DNA of 64,000 nucleotides from Gammaproteobacteria bacterium (GCA_009937605.1 JAACFG010000001.1:9527-73526); one strand, 5' to 3'; counted from the first letter of the stretch, positions 22,072 through 31,959 are shown. A program made the numbers and translations. Notes: generated from the letters alone by a model not told the origin.

Positions 22072-24159
22072 TTGCACCCCGAGGGCACGCGGGCCGTGAC
22101 ACCGTTAACGTCCCTGAAAGGCGTCGGTCCGGCGCTCGCGACCAGGCTCGAGAAGCTCGGCCTCAGCAGGGCTGAGGACTTGTTGTTCCTGTTGCCGCTG
22201 CGCTACGAAGATCGAACGCAGCTTGTAAAGATTGGCTCACTCGTTGCGGGCACGCGTTGCCTCGTGACCGGTGAGGTCCTGCTGTCGGAAGTTGCCTTTC
22301 GTGGTCGCCGTAACCTGTTGGTCCGCATCGGTGACGGCAGTGGTCAGCTCACCCTGCGCTTCTTTCATTTTTCGCGACAACAACAGGCGCAGTTCGAGGC
22401 CGGCAAGCACGTCACTTGTTTCGGCGAGGTGCGGCGCAGTTCGTCCGGCTTCGAGATGATCCACCCCGAGTACCGGATACTGCGAGAAGAGCAGGGCGCG
22501 GCGATGAGTGATTCGCTGACACCGATCTATCCGACCACCGAAGGTGTTCAGCAGGGGCGGTTACGTAACCTGACGGACCAGGCGCTGCGCGCCATGGACG
22601 AGGCTCCGCCGGAAGAGCTGCTGCCAGCATCCGTCACCGGGAAACTGGGTATGCCATCGCTGGCCGACGCTATTCGCTACCTGCATCGGCCCCCACCCGA
22701 TGCCGACGTCCAGGTGATGCTCGACGGCAAACATCCCTGCCAACATCGATTGGCGTTTGAAGAGCTGTTGGCGCACTACCTTAGTTTGCGAAGCCTGCGT
22801 GCCCTTGCCGAGACAGAGGACGCAATTGCGCTGACCAAGAACCAGGACCGGGTCGATGACTTTATCGGCGATCTGCCATTCAAATTGACCACTGCGCAGA
22901 AGCGCGTGGTTGATGAGATCCTCACCGACCTGTCGCAACCGCACCCGATGATGCGCCTGATCCAGGGTGATGTCGGCTCGGGGAAAACAGTCGTTGCGGC
23001 AATCGCCTGTCTCAAGGCAATCGCCTGCGGCGTGCAGGCTGCCATTATGGCGCCGACGGAAATTCTCGCCGAGCAGCACTGGCGCAATTTCTCCGACTGG
23101 TTTCGACCACTCGGTATCGAGCCGGCGTGGTTGAGTGGCAGCCAGAAGGCGGCAGCCCGACGCGAATCATTGGCAGCCATCGCGGACGGTAGCGCCAAAC
23201 TGGTCGTTGGAACACATGCATTGTTCCAGGAAGGCGTGGACTTCAGTCAGCTTGCCCTCGTTGTCATCGATGAACAACATCGCTTTGGGGTGCACCAGCG
23301 CATGGCCCTGCGTGATAAAGGTATCGACAGCGCTGGCCACCCACACCAACTCGTGATGACGGCAACACCAATTCCGCGCACGTTGGCTATGGCTGCTTAC
23401 GCCGACCTGGACACGTCCGTAATCGATGAGCTCCCGCCGGGCCGTCAGCCTGTCTCGACAATTGCTGTGCCGGATTCGCGGCGCGGCGAGATTGTGGAAC
23501 GCGTACGAGCGGCCTGTGCCTCCGGCCAGCAGGCCTACTGGGTGTGTCCGCTGATCGAGGAGTCCGAGATCCTGGATTACCAGGCCGCGGAGGCAAGCTA
23601 CCAGATGCTAACCGAGGCGTTGCCCGAGCTACGGGTAGGCCTGGTGCACGGTCGCATGCGCCCGGCCGAAAAAGAGCGCGGTATGCAAGCGTTCAAGGAA
23701 GGGCTAATACAGGTGCTCGTGGCAACGACCGTCATCGAAGTAGGCGTGGACGTGCCGAATGCGAGCCTGATGATTATCGAGAACGCGGAGCGCATGGGGT
23801 TGTCGCAACTCCACCAGCTTCGCGGTCGCGTTGGTCGTGGCGCAGCGCAGAGCCATTGCGTGCTTCTGTACAAGCCGCCTCTGGGGCGTATTGCCAAGGA
23901 ACGGCTTGCTGTATTGCGCGACACCAATGACGGCTTCGTCGTTGCGCAGCGCGACCTCGAACTAAGGGGTCCCGGCGAACTGCTCGGGACGCGCCAGACG
24001 GGCTTGCCCGATTATCGCGTCGCGAACCTCGTGCGCGATGCCGATCTCATGCCGCAGGTACAGATAACAGCAGAGGCAATTCGCAAGTCGTCGACCGAGC
24101 GCGCGGCGGCGATCGTCCGACGCTGGCTTGGCGATGCCGGACGCTACGGCAAAGTGTAG
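22072..24159 (+). CDS. recG: ATP-dependent DNA helicase RecG
   Basis: Walker A GDVGSGKT and DEQH box VIDEQHRFG. N-terminal wedge domain. 695 aa. Confidence 0.9.
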   Translation: MHPEGTRAVTPLTSLKGVGPALATRLEKLGLSRAEDLLFLLPLRYEDRTQLVKIGSLVAGTRCLVTGEVLLSEVAFRGRRNLLVRIGDGSGQLTLRFFHFSRQQQAQFEAGKHVTCFGEVRRSSSGFEMIHPEYRILREEQGAAMSDSLTPIYPTTEGVQQGRLRNLTDQALRAMDEAPPEELLPASVTGKLGMPSLADAIRYLHRPPPDADVQVMLDGKHPCQHRLAFEELLAHYLSLRSLRALAETEDAIALTKNQDRVDDFIGDLPFKLTTAQKRVVDEILTDLSQPHPMMRLIQGDVGSGKTVVAAIACLKAIACGVQAAIMAPTEILAEQHWRNFSDWFRPLGIEPAWLSGSQKAAARRESLAAIADGSAKLVVGTHALFQEGVDFSQLALVVIDEQHRFGVHQRMALRDKGIDSAGHPHQLVMTATPIPRTLAMAAYADLDTSVIDELPPGRQPVSTIAVPDSRRGEIVERVRAACASGQQAYWVCPLIEESEILDYQAAEASYQMLTEALPELRVGLVHGRMRPAEKERGMQAFKEGLIQVLVATTVIEVGVDVPNASLMIIENAERMGLSQLHQLRGRVGRGAAQSHCVLLYKPPLGRIAKERLAVLRDTNDGFVVAQRDLELRGPGELLGTRQTGLPDYRVANLVRDADLMPQVQITAEAIRKSSTERAAAIVRRWLGDAGRYGKV

Positions 24160-24169
24160 AATCGCGCAG

Positions 24170-25072
24170 ATGAAGAGCTCAATCGTCGCCAACTTCGCGC
24201 CCGAGATCACAAGCCAGTTGCGCAACTACGGCAAGCTGATGCGTGTCGATAAACCCATCGGCACCTGGCTATTGCTGTGGCCTACGCTCTGGGCATTGTG
24301 GTTGGCGGGCGAGGGCTCGCCTGACCAGGGGCTGTTCGTGATCTTCGTTGTCGGCGTATTCGTCATGCGTTCAGCAGGATGTGTACTGAATGACTTCGTC
24401 GACCGGAAGATCGATCCGTACGTGGAACGCACACGCACGCGTCCGCTGGCGACTGGTGCCGTGGCGCCATTCGAAGCGCTGACATTGTTCGCTGCACTCG
24501 GGCTGATCGCGATCGGGCTCGCGACGATGCTCAACCCGCAGGCGCAGCTGCTCGCCGTCATCGGTGCCGTACTTACGATCGCCTACCCGTTCATCAAGCG
24601 CTATGTGTCCATCCCGCAGTTTGTGCTTGGTGCGGCCTTCGGCTGGGCGGCGCCCATGGCGTTCGCTGCGCAAACCGGCGGAACGCCGGAGCTTGCCTGG
24701 CTCGTGTTCGGCACCGCGGTGATCTGGGCGGTTATCTACGACACCTTCTACGCGATGGTGGATCGCGAGGACGACATCAAGATTGGCGTTAAATCCACGG
24801 CCGTTCTTTTCGGCGAAGTGGATCTGTTTGTCATCGCCGGTCTGCAGTTGCTCATGCTCCTGGCGCTGATACTCACGGGTTACCGCGCTGAACTCGGATT
24901 CTGGTACTACTTTTCTGTCGCAATTGCCGCCGCCATGATGGCATGGCACCTGTGGCTCGCGCGTGATCGCCAGCCAGCCGGTTGCTTCCAGGCTTTTCTG
25001 AGTAATCACCTGATTGGCATGGTGGTATTCATCGGCATCGCGCTTCACTACACATTCAATCCTGTGGTCTGA
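24170..25072 (+). CDS. ubiA: 4-hydroxybenzoate polyprenyltransferase
   Basis: Asp-rich motifs NDFVDRKIDPYVERT and YDTFYAMVDREDD. Multi-TM. Start taken at MKSSIV, because the longer ORF overlaps the recG stop. Confidence 0.85.
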   Translation: MKSSIVANFAPEITSQLRNYGKLMRVDKPIGTWLLLWPTLWALWLAGEGSPDQGLFVIFVVGVFVMRSAGCVLNDFVDRKIDPYVERTRTRPLATGAVAPFEALTLFAALGLIAIGLATMLNPQAQLLAVIGAVLTIAYPFIKRYVSIPQFVLGAAFGWAAPMAFAAQTGGTPELAWLVFGTAVIWAVIYDTFYAMVDREDDIKIGVKSTAVLFGEVDLFVIAGLQLLMLLALILTGYRAELGFWYYFSVAIAAAMMAWHLWLARDRQPAGCFQAFLSNHLIGMVVFIGIALHYTFNPVV

Positions 25073-25077
25073 TCTAA

Positions 25078-25962
25078 ATGTCCAAGAAAACGGTTTCACT
25101 CGTTCTGGGTAGCGGTGGCGCGCGTGGCCTCGCGCATATCGGGGTCATTCACTGGCTCGAAGAAAACAACTATGAAATTCGGTCGATCAGCGGCGCCTCG
25201 ATTGGCGCATTGGTCGGCGGTATCTACGCGTGCGGTGAGCTCGACGTCTTCGAGAAGTGGGTCCGCGCGATTACGAAGATGCAGATAGTGAAGTTGCTCG
25301 ATGTGTCATGGGGCAAACAGGGCCTGGTCGAAGGCGACCGCGTGATCGATACACTCAAGGAACTCGTGGGCGACCGCAGGATCGAGGATTTGCCGATCAA
25401 GTACACAGCCATCGCGACCAATGTCCGTCGCGAGAAGGAAATCTGGCTCAAGAGTGGGTCCGTATTCGATGCGATTCGCGCATCAATTTCATTGCCGTTG
25501 TTTCTCACCCCGTTTGAGATGAACGGCATGAAACTGCTCGACGGTGGCATTCTTAATCCGGTGCCAATTGCACCAACTTTCGAAGACCACAACGACATCA
25601 CTCTTGCAGTGAATCTCGGCGGAACACCGACAGGCACAGTAACGTCCACGGCGAAGCGTGGCGCGAAAGATGACGACAACTCCGCTGTTGGGCGCTTGCA
25701 GGAAAAGATCAACTCATTCATCGATGATCTGATGAAACGTAGCTCGAGCGGTGATTCCGACGGCTGGACAATGCTCGATATCGCCGACCAGACCTTCGAT
25801 GCCATGCAGGGAACGATCGCGAGGCAAAAACTGGCGACTTATCCGCCGGATCACACCATAGAAATTGCTCGCGACGTTTGTGGCACGCTCGAGTTCGACC
25901 GGGCTAATGAAATGATTGCTCTCGGCTATGACGCGGCAGCACGGAGCCTCGGGCATTCATAA
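25078..25962 (+). CDS. Patatin-like phospholipase (RssA-like)
   Basis: Oxyanion GSGGARG, lipase GxSxG (GASIG) and the DGG catalytic Asp motif (LLDGGILN). Confidence 0.85.
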   Translation: MSKKTVSLVLGSGGARGLAHIGVIHWLEENNYEIRSISGASIGALVGGIYACGELDVFEKWVRAITKMQIVKLLDVSWGKQGLVEGDRVIDTLKELVGDRRIEDLPIKYTAIATNVRREKEIWLKSGSVFDAIRASISLPLFLTPFEMNGMKLLDGGILNPVPIAPTFEDHNDITLAVNLGGTPTGTVTSTAKRGAKDDDNSAVGRLQEKINSFIDDLMKRSSSGDSDGWTMLDIADQTFDAMQGTIARQKLATYPPDHTIEIARDVCGTLEFDRANEMIALGYDAAARSLGHS

Positions 25963-26205
25963 GACCCCGGTTCTCGGGAGGCGCGGCGTTCTGACGCCCT
26001 GACGCGCCAAATTCAACGGTCCGTTGCGAATTTACAACACCCGGCGCGGCGTGCATCAGCCGACATGCTGTTGTACTGTAATGAACTTATGTCGAATCCA
26101 GCTGCCTCAGAGTAAAGAGCATGATGTAAGGGCCGCTGGTCGGCGTAAATATCGAATTGCCGGTTAGTTGCAAAAACGCGACGTTCGGCTTCACAGGAGG
26201 GGGTA

Positions 26206-29130
26206 ATGAAAAATTCAATCGCACTAGCCGGGGTGACTTCCGCCCTGGTCCTCAGTCTTGCCGTGACACCTGCCAATATTGCGCAGGCACAGGAAGCAGA
26301 GGAATTGGAAGAAGTGGTCGTTACAGGATCACGTATTCGGCGCAACCCGCTGGACGAGGCTGTAGCCATCATGGAAATCGGAGCCGACGATATTGAGAGT
26401 ACCGGCTTAACGAACCTGGCCGACGCCTTGCAGCAGTTGCCAATTTCGGGGTCGGCGATCAATTCGCAATTCAACGTTCCCGGTAACTCTGGCTTCCCAC
26501 AGGATGGCTCAGGTATCGGTGCAGGCGCTGCGCAGTTGTCAATTCGTAACGTCAGCGCGAAACGCACCCTGGTGCTTGTCGATGGCAAGCGCTGGATCGC
26601 TGGCGCTTCCGCATCGGGCGTACCGGGCGCTGTTGACCTGAATACAATTCCGGACAACGTTATTCAACGCGTTGAAGTCCTGCAGGACGGCGCGTCCGCC
26701 ATTTACGGATCGGACGCGATCGGTGGCGTCGTCAATGTCATCACAAAGCAGACCTTTGAAGGCTTCCGGCTGGATGCCCAGACCGGCAGCTATATGTCTG
26801 AAGGCGACGGTGAATCCCTTGAGCTCGCAGCGCTGTTTGGCGCCGGCAATGAGACGACGAATCTTGTTCTGAGCCTGAGCTACAAGGACGAGGGCGGTAT
26901 CGAAACGTGGGACCGTGCGCGCTCTGCGTACCCGGTACCGGACACCACGAGCTGCGACGTACCAGGCACACGCTGCTCATCCTTCACGCCGCAGGCACGC
27001 CTTATCTTCGGGCCGAACATCCCGCCAGGCGTCGGCTTCCAGGACATTACGCTGAACGACGGCGTCCTGAATGATGGCGGAGCGAATATTCCGGAATGGG
27101 ACCCCACTGATCCGGATGGTGGCGCTGACTTCCATGCGTTCTCGGCCGCTGATCGTTTTAACTACAACGGTCCGGGCTACAACTTCCTGAGGACACCGAA
27201 CGAGCGCATCAATTTCTATGCGAACGTCCGCCATGAGCTCGCACCAAACGTCACACTGTTTGCGCGCGCGTCATACACGAATCGCTCGTCAGAAACCAAG
27301 GGCGCGCCGGAACCGCTGTGTCTCGGCAACGGCTGCGGAACCCGCATTACCGATAATTTCGTAATCGGAGCGGACAATCCGTACAACTTCACCGGCCTCG
27401 AATTATCGGTAGCAAATGGCAATCTCGAGTTCTTCGGCCGCAGGCCGATCGAGTCTGGTGGCCGCCTGTTCTTCCAGGACGTCAATACCTACATGATCAC
27501 AGCGGGCCTCGAAGGCGAATTCAACGCGGCAGATCGCAACTTCTATTGGGACTTGACGGCAGGCTATGGCGACAACCGCGGCTTCCAGGAGAAGTACAAC
27601 TCGCACAATGCGGCCAAGCTCCAGGTTGCCATGGGTCCACTGGCTGTGTGCGACGCGACGCCAGGTTGTGTGCCGTTCAATTTCTTCGGTGGCCAGGGTC
27701 CGGACGGAACTGGCTCGATCACCGAGGAGATGCTCGATTTCGTGCGCTATACGCAACGCGACTACAGTGAACAGACACTAAAGAATTACGCGTTCAATAT
27801 TGGTGGCGACGTTGTCGAGTTGCCCGGTGGAACGATGGGCTTCGCAGCCGGTTTGGAATATCGCGATCACGCCGGTTCATTCCGACCTGATCCAATTGCG
27901 GCGAGCGGCGATACGGCCGGCATTCCGTCAGGTCCGACAGATGGCGGCTTCGATGTCACCGAGTTTTATGGTGAGCTGAATATTCCCCTGGTTGCAGAAG
28001 CTGCATTTGCTGACATCCTCGAAGTCAGTTTGGCGGCACGATCCTCTGACTACAGTACGTCGGGATCCAAGTCGACCTACAAGGCAAGCGCCTTGTGGCG
28101 GCCCATCGATCAGTTGGGGTTCCGAGCCTCTCTCTCGACAGGCTTCAGGGCACCGGGAATAGGTGAGCTCTTCGGCGGCGCTGCGCGTGAAGATTTCACA
28201 AAGCTCGATCCCTGTGCAGACTACACGGCCACCGAGGGTTCGGATAACGGGGGCCGTGATACACCGCAACCGGCAAATATCCAGGCGAACTGTCAAACGC
28301 TGGGCGTTGATCCCGGTCTTACGCAGATCAACCCGCAGTTGTCCGCACTGTCAACGGGCAATGCTCAGCTTGAGCCTGAGGAATCGGACAACCAGACGTT
28401 TGGTATCGTCTACAGCCCCGCTTGGTCCGAAGGCCTGGCGTGGTCTTCCGGCATGACATTCTCCATCGACTTCTACCGAGTGGAGATTACCGATGCGGTA
28501 CAGGGAATCGCCCCCGGTGATCTTATTGATGCGTGTGTCGCTACCCTCGATGATATCTATTGCGACAACACGCCGCGAACGAGTTCCGGTCAGTTGGACA
28601 CCGTTCGGAACGAGCTGCGGAACATCGGCGCAATCGACGCTTCGGGTTACGACATCATGTTCAGTTACCTGAGCCCGGAAACACGTGCCGGCGCATTCAC
28701 GCTGAGAATCGATGCGACTCACCTGAACGAGTACAAGGAATCGACCAACAATCCGGACGCCTCGATAACGGTCAACGATCTGACGGGAAGGCATCCGGAC
28801 GAGACTTTCTTCCGCGCGTTCCCCGAATGGCGCAGCGTAACAACCCTGGAATGGCTCAAGGATCGATTCACAGGTTCGCTGCGGTTCCGCTGGGTTGATG
28901 AGATGCTCCTCGACAGCGGCAGCACGCTGGATTCTGCGATGTTCACCGACTTGCGCCTGAGCTGGAACCCGGACTGGATGAGTGACGGATTTACATTCAG
29001 TGTCGGCGTGAACAACTTGTTGGATGAGGACCCACCGGTATGCGACGCATGTGGCGTGATCGGCATGAGTCCGGTCTCACACGACCTTCCGGGGCGTGTC
29101 GGCTACCTGCGATTTACCTATCAGAACTGA
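26206..29130 (+). CDS. TonB-dependent outer-membrane receptor, substrate unknown
   Basis: Signal peptide …ANIAQA. Plug (EEVVVTGSRIRRNPLD) and a long barrel with TGFRAPGIGELFGG. The C-terminus …RFTYQN lacks the usual terminal aromatic residue. Confidence 0.85.
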   Translation: MKNSIALAGVTSALVLSLAVTPANIAQAQEAEELEEVVVTGSRIRRNPLDEAVAIMEIGADDIESTGLTNLADALQQLPISGSAINSQFNVPGNSGFPQDGSGIGAGAAQLSIRNVSAKRTLVLVDGKRWIAGASASGVPGAVDLNTIPDNVIQRVEVLQDGASAIYGSDAIGGVVNVITKQTFEGFRLDAQTGSYMSEGDGESLELAALFGAGNETTNLVLSLSYKDEGGIETWDRARSAYPVPDTTSCDVPGTRCSSFTPQARLIFGPNIPPGVGFQDITLNDGVLNDGGANIPEWDPTDPDGGADFHAFSAADRFNYNGPGYNFLRTPNERINFYANVRHELAPNVTLFARASYTNRSSETKGAPEPLCLGNGCGTRITDNFVIGADNPYNFTGLELSVANGNLEFFGRRPIESGGRLFFQDVNTYMITAGLEGEFNAADRNFYWDLTAGYGDNRGFQEKYNSHNAAKLQVAMGPLAVCDATPGCVPFNFFGGQGPDGTGSITEEMLDFVRYTQRDYSEQTLKNYAFNIGGDVVELPGGTMGFAAGLEYRDHAGSFRPDPIAASGDTAGIPSGPTDGGFDVTEFYGELNIPLVAEAAFADILEVSLAARSSDYSTSGSKSTYKASALWRPIDQLGFRASLSTGFRAPGIGELFGGAAREDFTKLDPCADYTATEGSDNGGRDTPQPANIQANCQTLGVDPGLTQINPQLSALSTGNAQLEPEESDNQTFGIVYSPAWSEGLAWSSGMTFSIDFYRVEITDAVQGIAPGDLIDACVATLDDIYCDNTPRTSSGQLDTVRNELRNIGAIDASGYDIMFSYLSPETRAGAFTLRIDATHLNEYKESTNNPDASITVNDLTGRHPDETFFRAFPEWRSVTTLEWLKDRFTGSLRFRWVDEMLLDSGSTLDSAMFTDLRLSWNPDWMSDGFTFSVGVNNLLDEDPPVCDACGVIGMSPVSHDLPGRVGYLRFTYQN

Positions 29131-29156
29131 TAAGACCTTCACAAAAGAAGTAAAGC

Positions 29157-29188
29157 ATCGGCCCCGTAACAGGGGCCGATTGCTTTTT
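29157..29188 (+). terminator. Rho-independent terminator after the TonB-dependent receptor gene
   Basis: atcggcccc-gtaaca-ggggccgat (9-bp GC-rich stem) followed by tgcttttt. Confidence 0.8.
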
Positions 29189-29312
29189 GGACAATGCAAA
29201 ACTGCCGAATGAGTGGTTAAGAGCATGGTGTCGGGTAATTGTCGTGTGATTGCCGTACCTGACAGCGCTAGAATTCGGGAATACTCCTGGTTCACGAGCA
29301 CTGGGCACATTG

Positions 29313-29783
29313 ATGATACTCAAACAGATACGCATCAGCCGGCACCTGTCGCAGGAACAGCTGGCCCAAATATCCGGGCTGAATGTCAGAACGATCCAGC
29401 GAATAGAAAGCGGTCAGAATGCCAGCCTGGAGTCTCTGAAGTGTCTCGCCGCGGCGCTCGAAGTTGATGTTGCGACTTTGAATCAGGAGACATTTTCGAT
29501 GGACAAAGACTCAGGCAATTGGCACGAGCTCCCGCTTTGGCTCAAATGTTGGTTCTTCCTTAACTTCCTCAGCGTTCGTACGACCAGGGGCGTAGCTACA
29601 AGGATCCGAACGGTGTCGCATGTGAGTGGCTTCATCCTGTGCGCGCTGGGCTTCGTCAGTGAACCAGCGCTCGCCGGCGGGCTGATAATGCTTGCGAACG
29701 GCTACCTGTTCTCACTGCTTACCTGGCAGGGGGACAAGTACGGTATCTGGTACGATGGTCACGAAGCGAAAGCTCAGGGGTAG
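29313..29783 (+). CDS. Membrane-associated XRE-family helix-turn-helix protein
   Basis: MILKQIRISRHLSQEQLAQISGLNVRTIQRIESGQNASLESL is a classic HTH_XRE. It is followed by 2-3 hydrophobic segments (LWLKCWFFLNFL…, GFILCALGF…LIMLANGYLFSLL). Confidence 0.7.
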   Translation: MILKQIRISRHLSQEQLAQISGLNVRTIQRIESGQNASLESLKCLAAALEVDVATLNQETFSMDKDSGNWHELPLWLKCWFFLNFLSVRTTRGVATRIRTVSHVSGFILCALGFVSEPALAGGLIMLANGYLFSLLTWQGDKYGIWYDGHEAKAQG

Positions 29784-29784
29784 A

Positions 29785-30144
29785 ATGACCGCTACTGACC
29801 AGAAACGGACGTTAGCAATGACAACAAATCCACAGTGGACACGACACTTTGAGGGCATAGCCGACGAACTGGTTCGCCTGACCATCGCTTGCGATGTACG
29901 GCTAAAAGACCCCGGCGTCATAGAGCGAGTCATTCGCGGCGACATGTCAGTCTGCGGACGCAAGAATGAGATTGGCTTTCAGAAGCTTCAAAAGCTTTTG
30001 ATGGCAACATTCGACTCTCTCGGCAAAGCCATTGATCGTCTCGGGCCGGAAGAGACCCGGGAAATCCGCAGCGCGATTACCGAGTACATGGACAAACGCA
30101 GAGGCGGAGGCAGAGCGGCGGGCGGCGATTCCGATCAAGACTAG
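29785..30144 (+). CDS. Hypothetical protein
   Basis: ORF begins 2 nt after the HTH gene stop (MTATDQ…). No recognisable motifs, and the start is uncertain (alternative MTTNPQ at 29818). Confidence 0.4.
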   Translation: MTATDQKRTLAMTTNPQWTRHFEGIADELVRLTIACDVRLKDPGVIERVIRGDMSVCGRKNEIGFQKLQKLLMATFDSLGKAIDRLGPEETREIRSAITEYMDKRRGGGRAAGGDSDQD

Positions 30145-30150
30145 CCGTAA

Positions 30151-30166
30151 ATTGACCTGAGTCAAT
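30151..30166. promoter_or_regulatory. Perfect FNR/Dnr-type box upstream of the Dnr-like regulator (autoregulation?)
   Basis: ATTGAC-ctga-GTCAAT, with perfectly palindromic arms. The centre lies about 80 bp upstream of the MEKD start codon at 30239. Confidence 0.65.
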
Positions 30167-30238
30167 GCGCCAGACGGTGCCGGGACTAGACTGTGCCCGA
30201 TGATCCGAGTAAACCCCAAGGTGCTAGACTTCCCCAGC

Positions 30239-30922
30239 ATGGAGAAGGACACGGCACAGTATGAAGCGATTCGTCGTCACTACCTGTTTTCAGGTCTCGA
30301 CGAAGACGTTTTCGATGCGCTCGCGGCCGACATCACGGTTGAAGCCTACGACAAAGGCGAGGTGCTGTTTCATCGAGGCGACCCGGCGCAGGCTTTCTTC
30401 TTCATCGAGACTGGCCACGTCGAGCTGAGCCTGATATCTCCCGACGGCCAAAAGAAGACCGTCGAGGTCATCGACCACGACCGAACCTTCGCCGAGGCGT
30501 TGGTGTTCATACGCTCGGGCAAATTTCCGGTCAGTGCCGAAGCGCTGACAGCCACCGTCGTCTATCGAATCCCGAACGACCCGTACCGGACCCTGCTGCA
30601 CAACAACAACGATGCCTGCATGCGCCTGCTCAGTGACGTCTGCCGCCACTTGCACCAGCGCGTCCAGGAAATCGAGCAGCTGACCATCCAGAACGCACGA
30701 AGCCGGCTGTCCAGCTACCTGATCGACCATGCCACCGAGGTCGATGACGACGAGGCGACCATACGCCTTGACCTGCCCAAGCACGTCATCGCATCACGTC
30801 TGTCGATTACGCCCGAGACCCTGTCACGGCTTCTCCGCGTGATGTCCGAGGAGGGCATCCTGACGGTCGACGATCGCCTCATCTTTGTCCACAGCCTCGC
30901 GAGACTGCGCCCCTACGACTGA
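30239..30922 (+). CDS. dnr: Crp/Fnr-family regulator of the Dnr/NnrR (NO-responsive) type
   Basis: cNMP-like domain plus a C-terminal HTH with the E--SR recognition motif (ITPETLSRLL). It lacks the N-terminal Cys cluster of FNR. From memory, it aligns in length and layout with P. aeruginosa Dnr. Start chosen at MEKD; the tracked ORF starts at 30200. Confidence 0.75.
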   Translation: MEKDTAQYEAIRRHYLFSGLDEDVFDALAADITVEAYDKGEVLFHRGDPAQAFFFIETGHVELSLISPDGQKKTVEVIDHDRTFAEALVFIRSGKFPVSAEALTATVVYRIPNDPYRTLLHNNNDACMRLLSDVCRHLHQRVQEIEQLTIQNARSRLSSYLIDHATEVDDDEATIRLDLPKHVIASRLSITPETLSRLLRVMSEEGILTVDDRLIFVHSLARLRPYD

Positions 30923-30931
30923 AATCCCGCC

Positions 30932-30945
30932 TTGACCTAGGTCAT
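30932..30945. promoter_or_regulatory. FNR/Dnr-type box upstream of the heme-copper (NOR-like) operon
   Basis: TTGAC-ctag-GTCAT (one arm mismatch). It lies 10 bp after the dnr stop. The centre is about 55-80 bp upstream of the first small ORF starts (30994 or 31018). Confidence 0.6.
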
Positions 30946-31017
30946 GGAGACCGTGGGCCAGCGAGTTCAGGATGTTGTCGTATAGGCCGCATTGTGCATG
31001 GCTACAGCAGATCGCTT

Positions 31018-31203
31018 ATGAGCATCGTCTATTTCACGCTGGTTGCAGCCCTTCTGTACCTTTTTTCGGACTGGGTACTGCAGCGCGTCGAAGTTGCCGT
31101 GGGCCGGCGCTTCGAGCACCGGTCGCTCATCTTCTTCGCCATCCTGCTGACGCTCGCGCTCACCAGTTTTTCGCTGCTTGGCAACATTACAGGCAGCGCC
31201 TAG
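31018..31203 (+). CDS. Small two-TM membrane protein (unknown), first ORF of the operon
   Basis: MSIVYFTLVAALLYLFSDWVL…SLIFFAILLTLALTSFSLL has two clear hydrophobic helices. Start is uncertain (30994 or 31018). Confidence 0.45.
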   Translation: MSIVYFTLVAALLYLFSDWVLQRVEVAVGRRFEHRSLIFFAILLTLALTSFSLLGNITGSA

Positions 31204-31229
31204 AGAAGCAGGACAAGGGAGGCAAAGAA

Positions 31230-31406
31230 ATGTCTGACCATAACGAAGAAGTCGACGACAACACTCCGGACAATGAGCCGATTCCGCTGATGCAACGGGT
31301 GCTGGATAACCCGTTCCTCCTGCTGTTCTTAGGGATCGCGGTGCCGACGGTCTTTTATCTCATCTGGGGCATCATCGAAATCACCCAGATTCCGATCGCC
31401 GACTGA
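31230..31406 (+). CDS. Small single-TM protein with acidic N-terminus (possible accessory oxidase subunit)
   Basis: RBS-like gggagg upstream. MSDHNEEVDDNTPDNEPIPLMQRVLDNPFLLLFLGIAVPTVFYLIWGIIEI. Its position immediately before subunit II recalls small subunits such as ba3 IIa or CcoQ, which is an inference. Confidence 0.5.
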   Translation: MSDHNEEVDDNTPDNEPIPLMQRVLDNPFLLLFLGIAVPTVFYLIWGIIEITQIPIAD

Positions 31407-31425
31407 ACATTAAGGGGACAGAACC

Positions 31426-31959
31426 ATGGCTATAACACCACCGAGTGAACGGATCTGGTGGAAGGAACCGATCGCAAAGATCGAGCTCTCCTGGATCATC
31501 ATTGCCTTCACATGGGGCCTCATCATGTTCTTCATGATGATCTACTGGCACGGGGCTGGTGAACAGAACCTCTCCAATGAGGCGTACAAGATCAAACCCG
31601 AACGTTTTGCCGAGCACACCCAGGAAATGATTGACGCCTACACAGTGCGCAATGAGAGCGGTTTTCCGGTCGTGCATCCGCCGGCTGGCGACGATATCTA
31701 CCTGACGGGCCGCCTGTATAACTGGTGGCCGATACTCGAGCTGGAGAAAGACCAGACCTACCGCCTGCACCTGTCGTCGACCGATGTGCAACACGGCTTT
31801 TCGTTACAGCCTGTGAACATCAACGTCCAGGTGCACCCGGGCTATGACCTGGTCTTCACGATCAAGCCGGACAGGGCGGGCGAGTACGGCATCGTCTGTA
31901 ACGAATTCTGCGGGATCGGCCACCACCTGATGGTCGGCAAGATCTACGTCGTCGAGTAG
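31426..31959 (+). CDS. Heme-copper oxidase-family subunit II with one TM segment, a cupredoxin domain and an intact CuA site (NorY-like)
   Basis: H123 (VQHGFS) plus C158-N-E-F-C162-GIG-H166-HL-M169 is the complete CuA ligand set. 177 aa with one N-terminal TM segment. The small size is typical of B-family-type subunit II. Confidence 0.85.
   Translation: MAITPPSERIWWKEPIAKIELSWIIIAFTWGLIMFFMMIYWHGAGEQNLSNEAYKIKPERFAEHTQEMIDAYTVRNESGFPVVHPPAGDDIYLTGRLYNWWPILELEKDQTYRLHLSSTDVQHGFSLQPVNINVQVHPGYDLVFTIKPDRAGEYGIVCNEFCGIGHHLMVGKIYVVE

Noticed and set aside
25963-26205. Possible riboswitch (e.g. cobalamin) or Fur box in the 243-bp leader of the first TonB-dependent receptor gene
   Set aside because: I could find no B12-box-like GCCACTG core and no 19-bp Fur palindrome by eye. 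A covariance-model scan would be needed to exclude one.
30972-31229. Upstream part of the 144-aa ORF (MLSYRPHCAWLQQ…)
   Set aside because: It is Arg/His/Ala-rich with no features, and it overlaps the more convincing two-TM ORF in another frame. Only the last 58 codons (from the ATG at 30230 region, i.e. 31230, with an RBS) look genuine.
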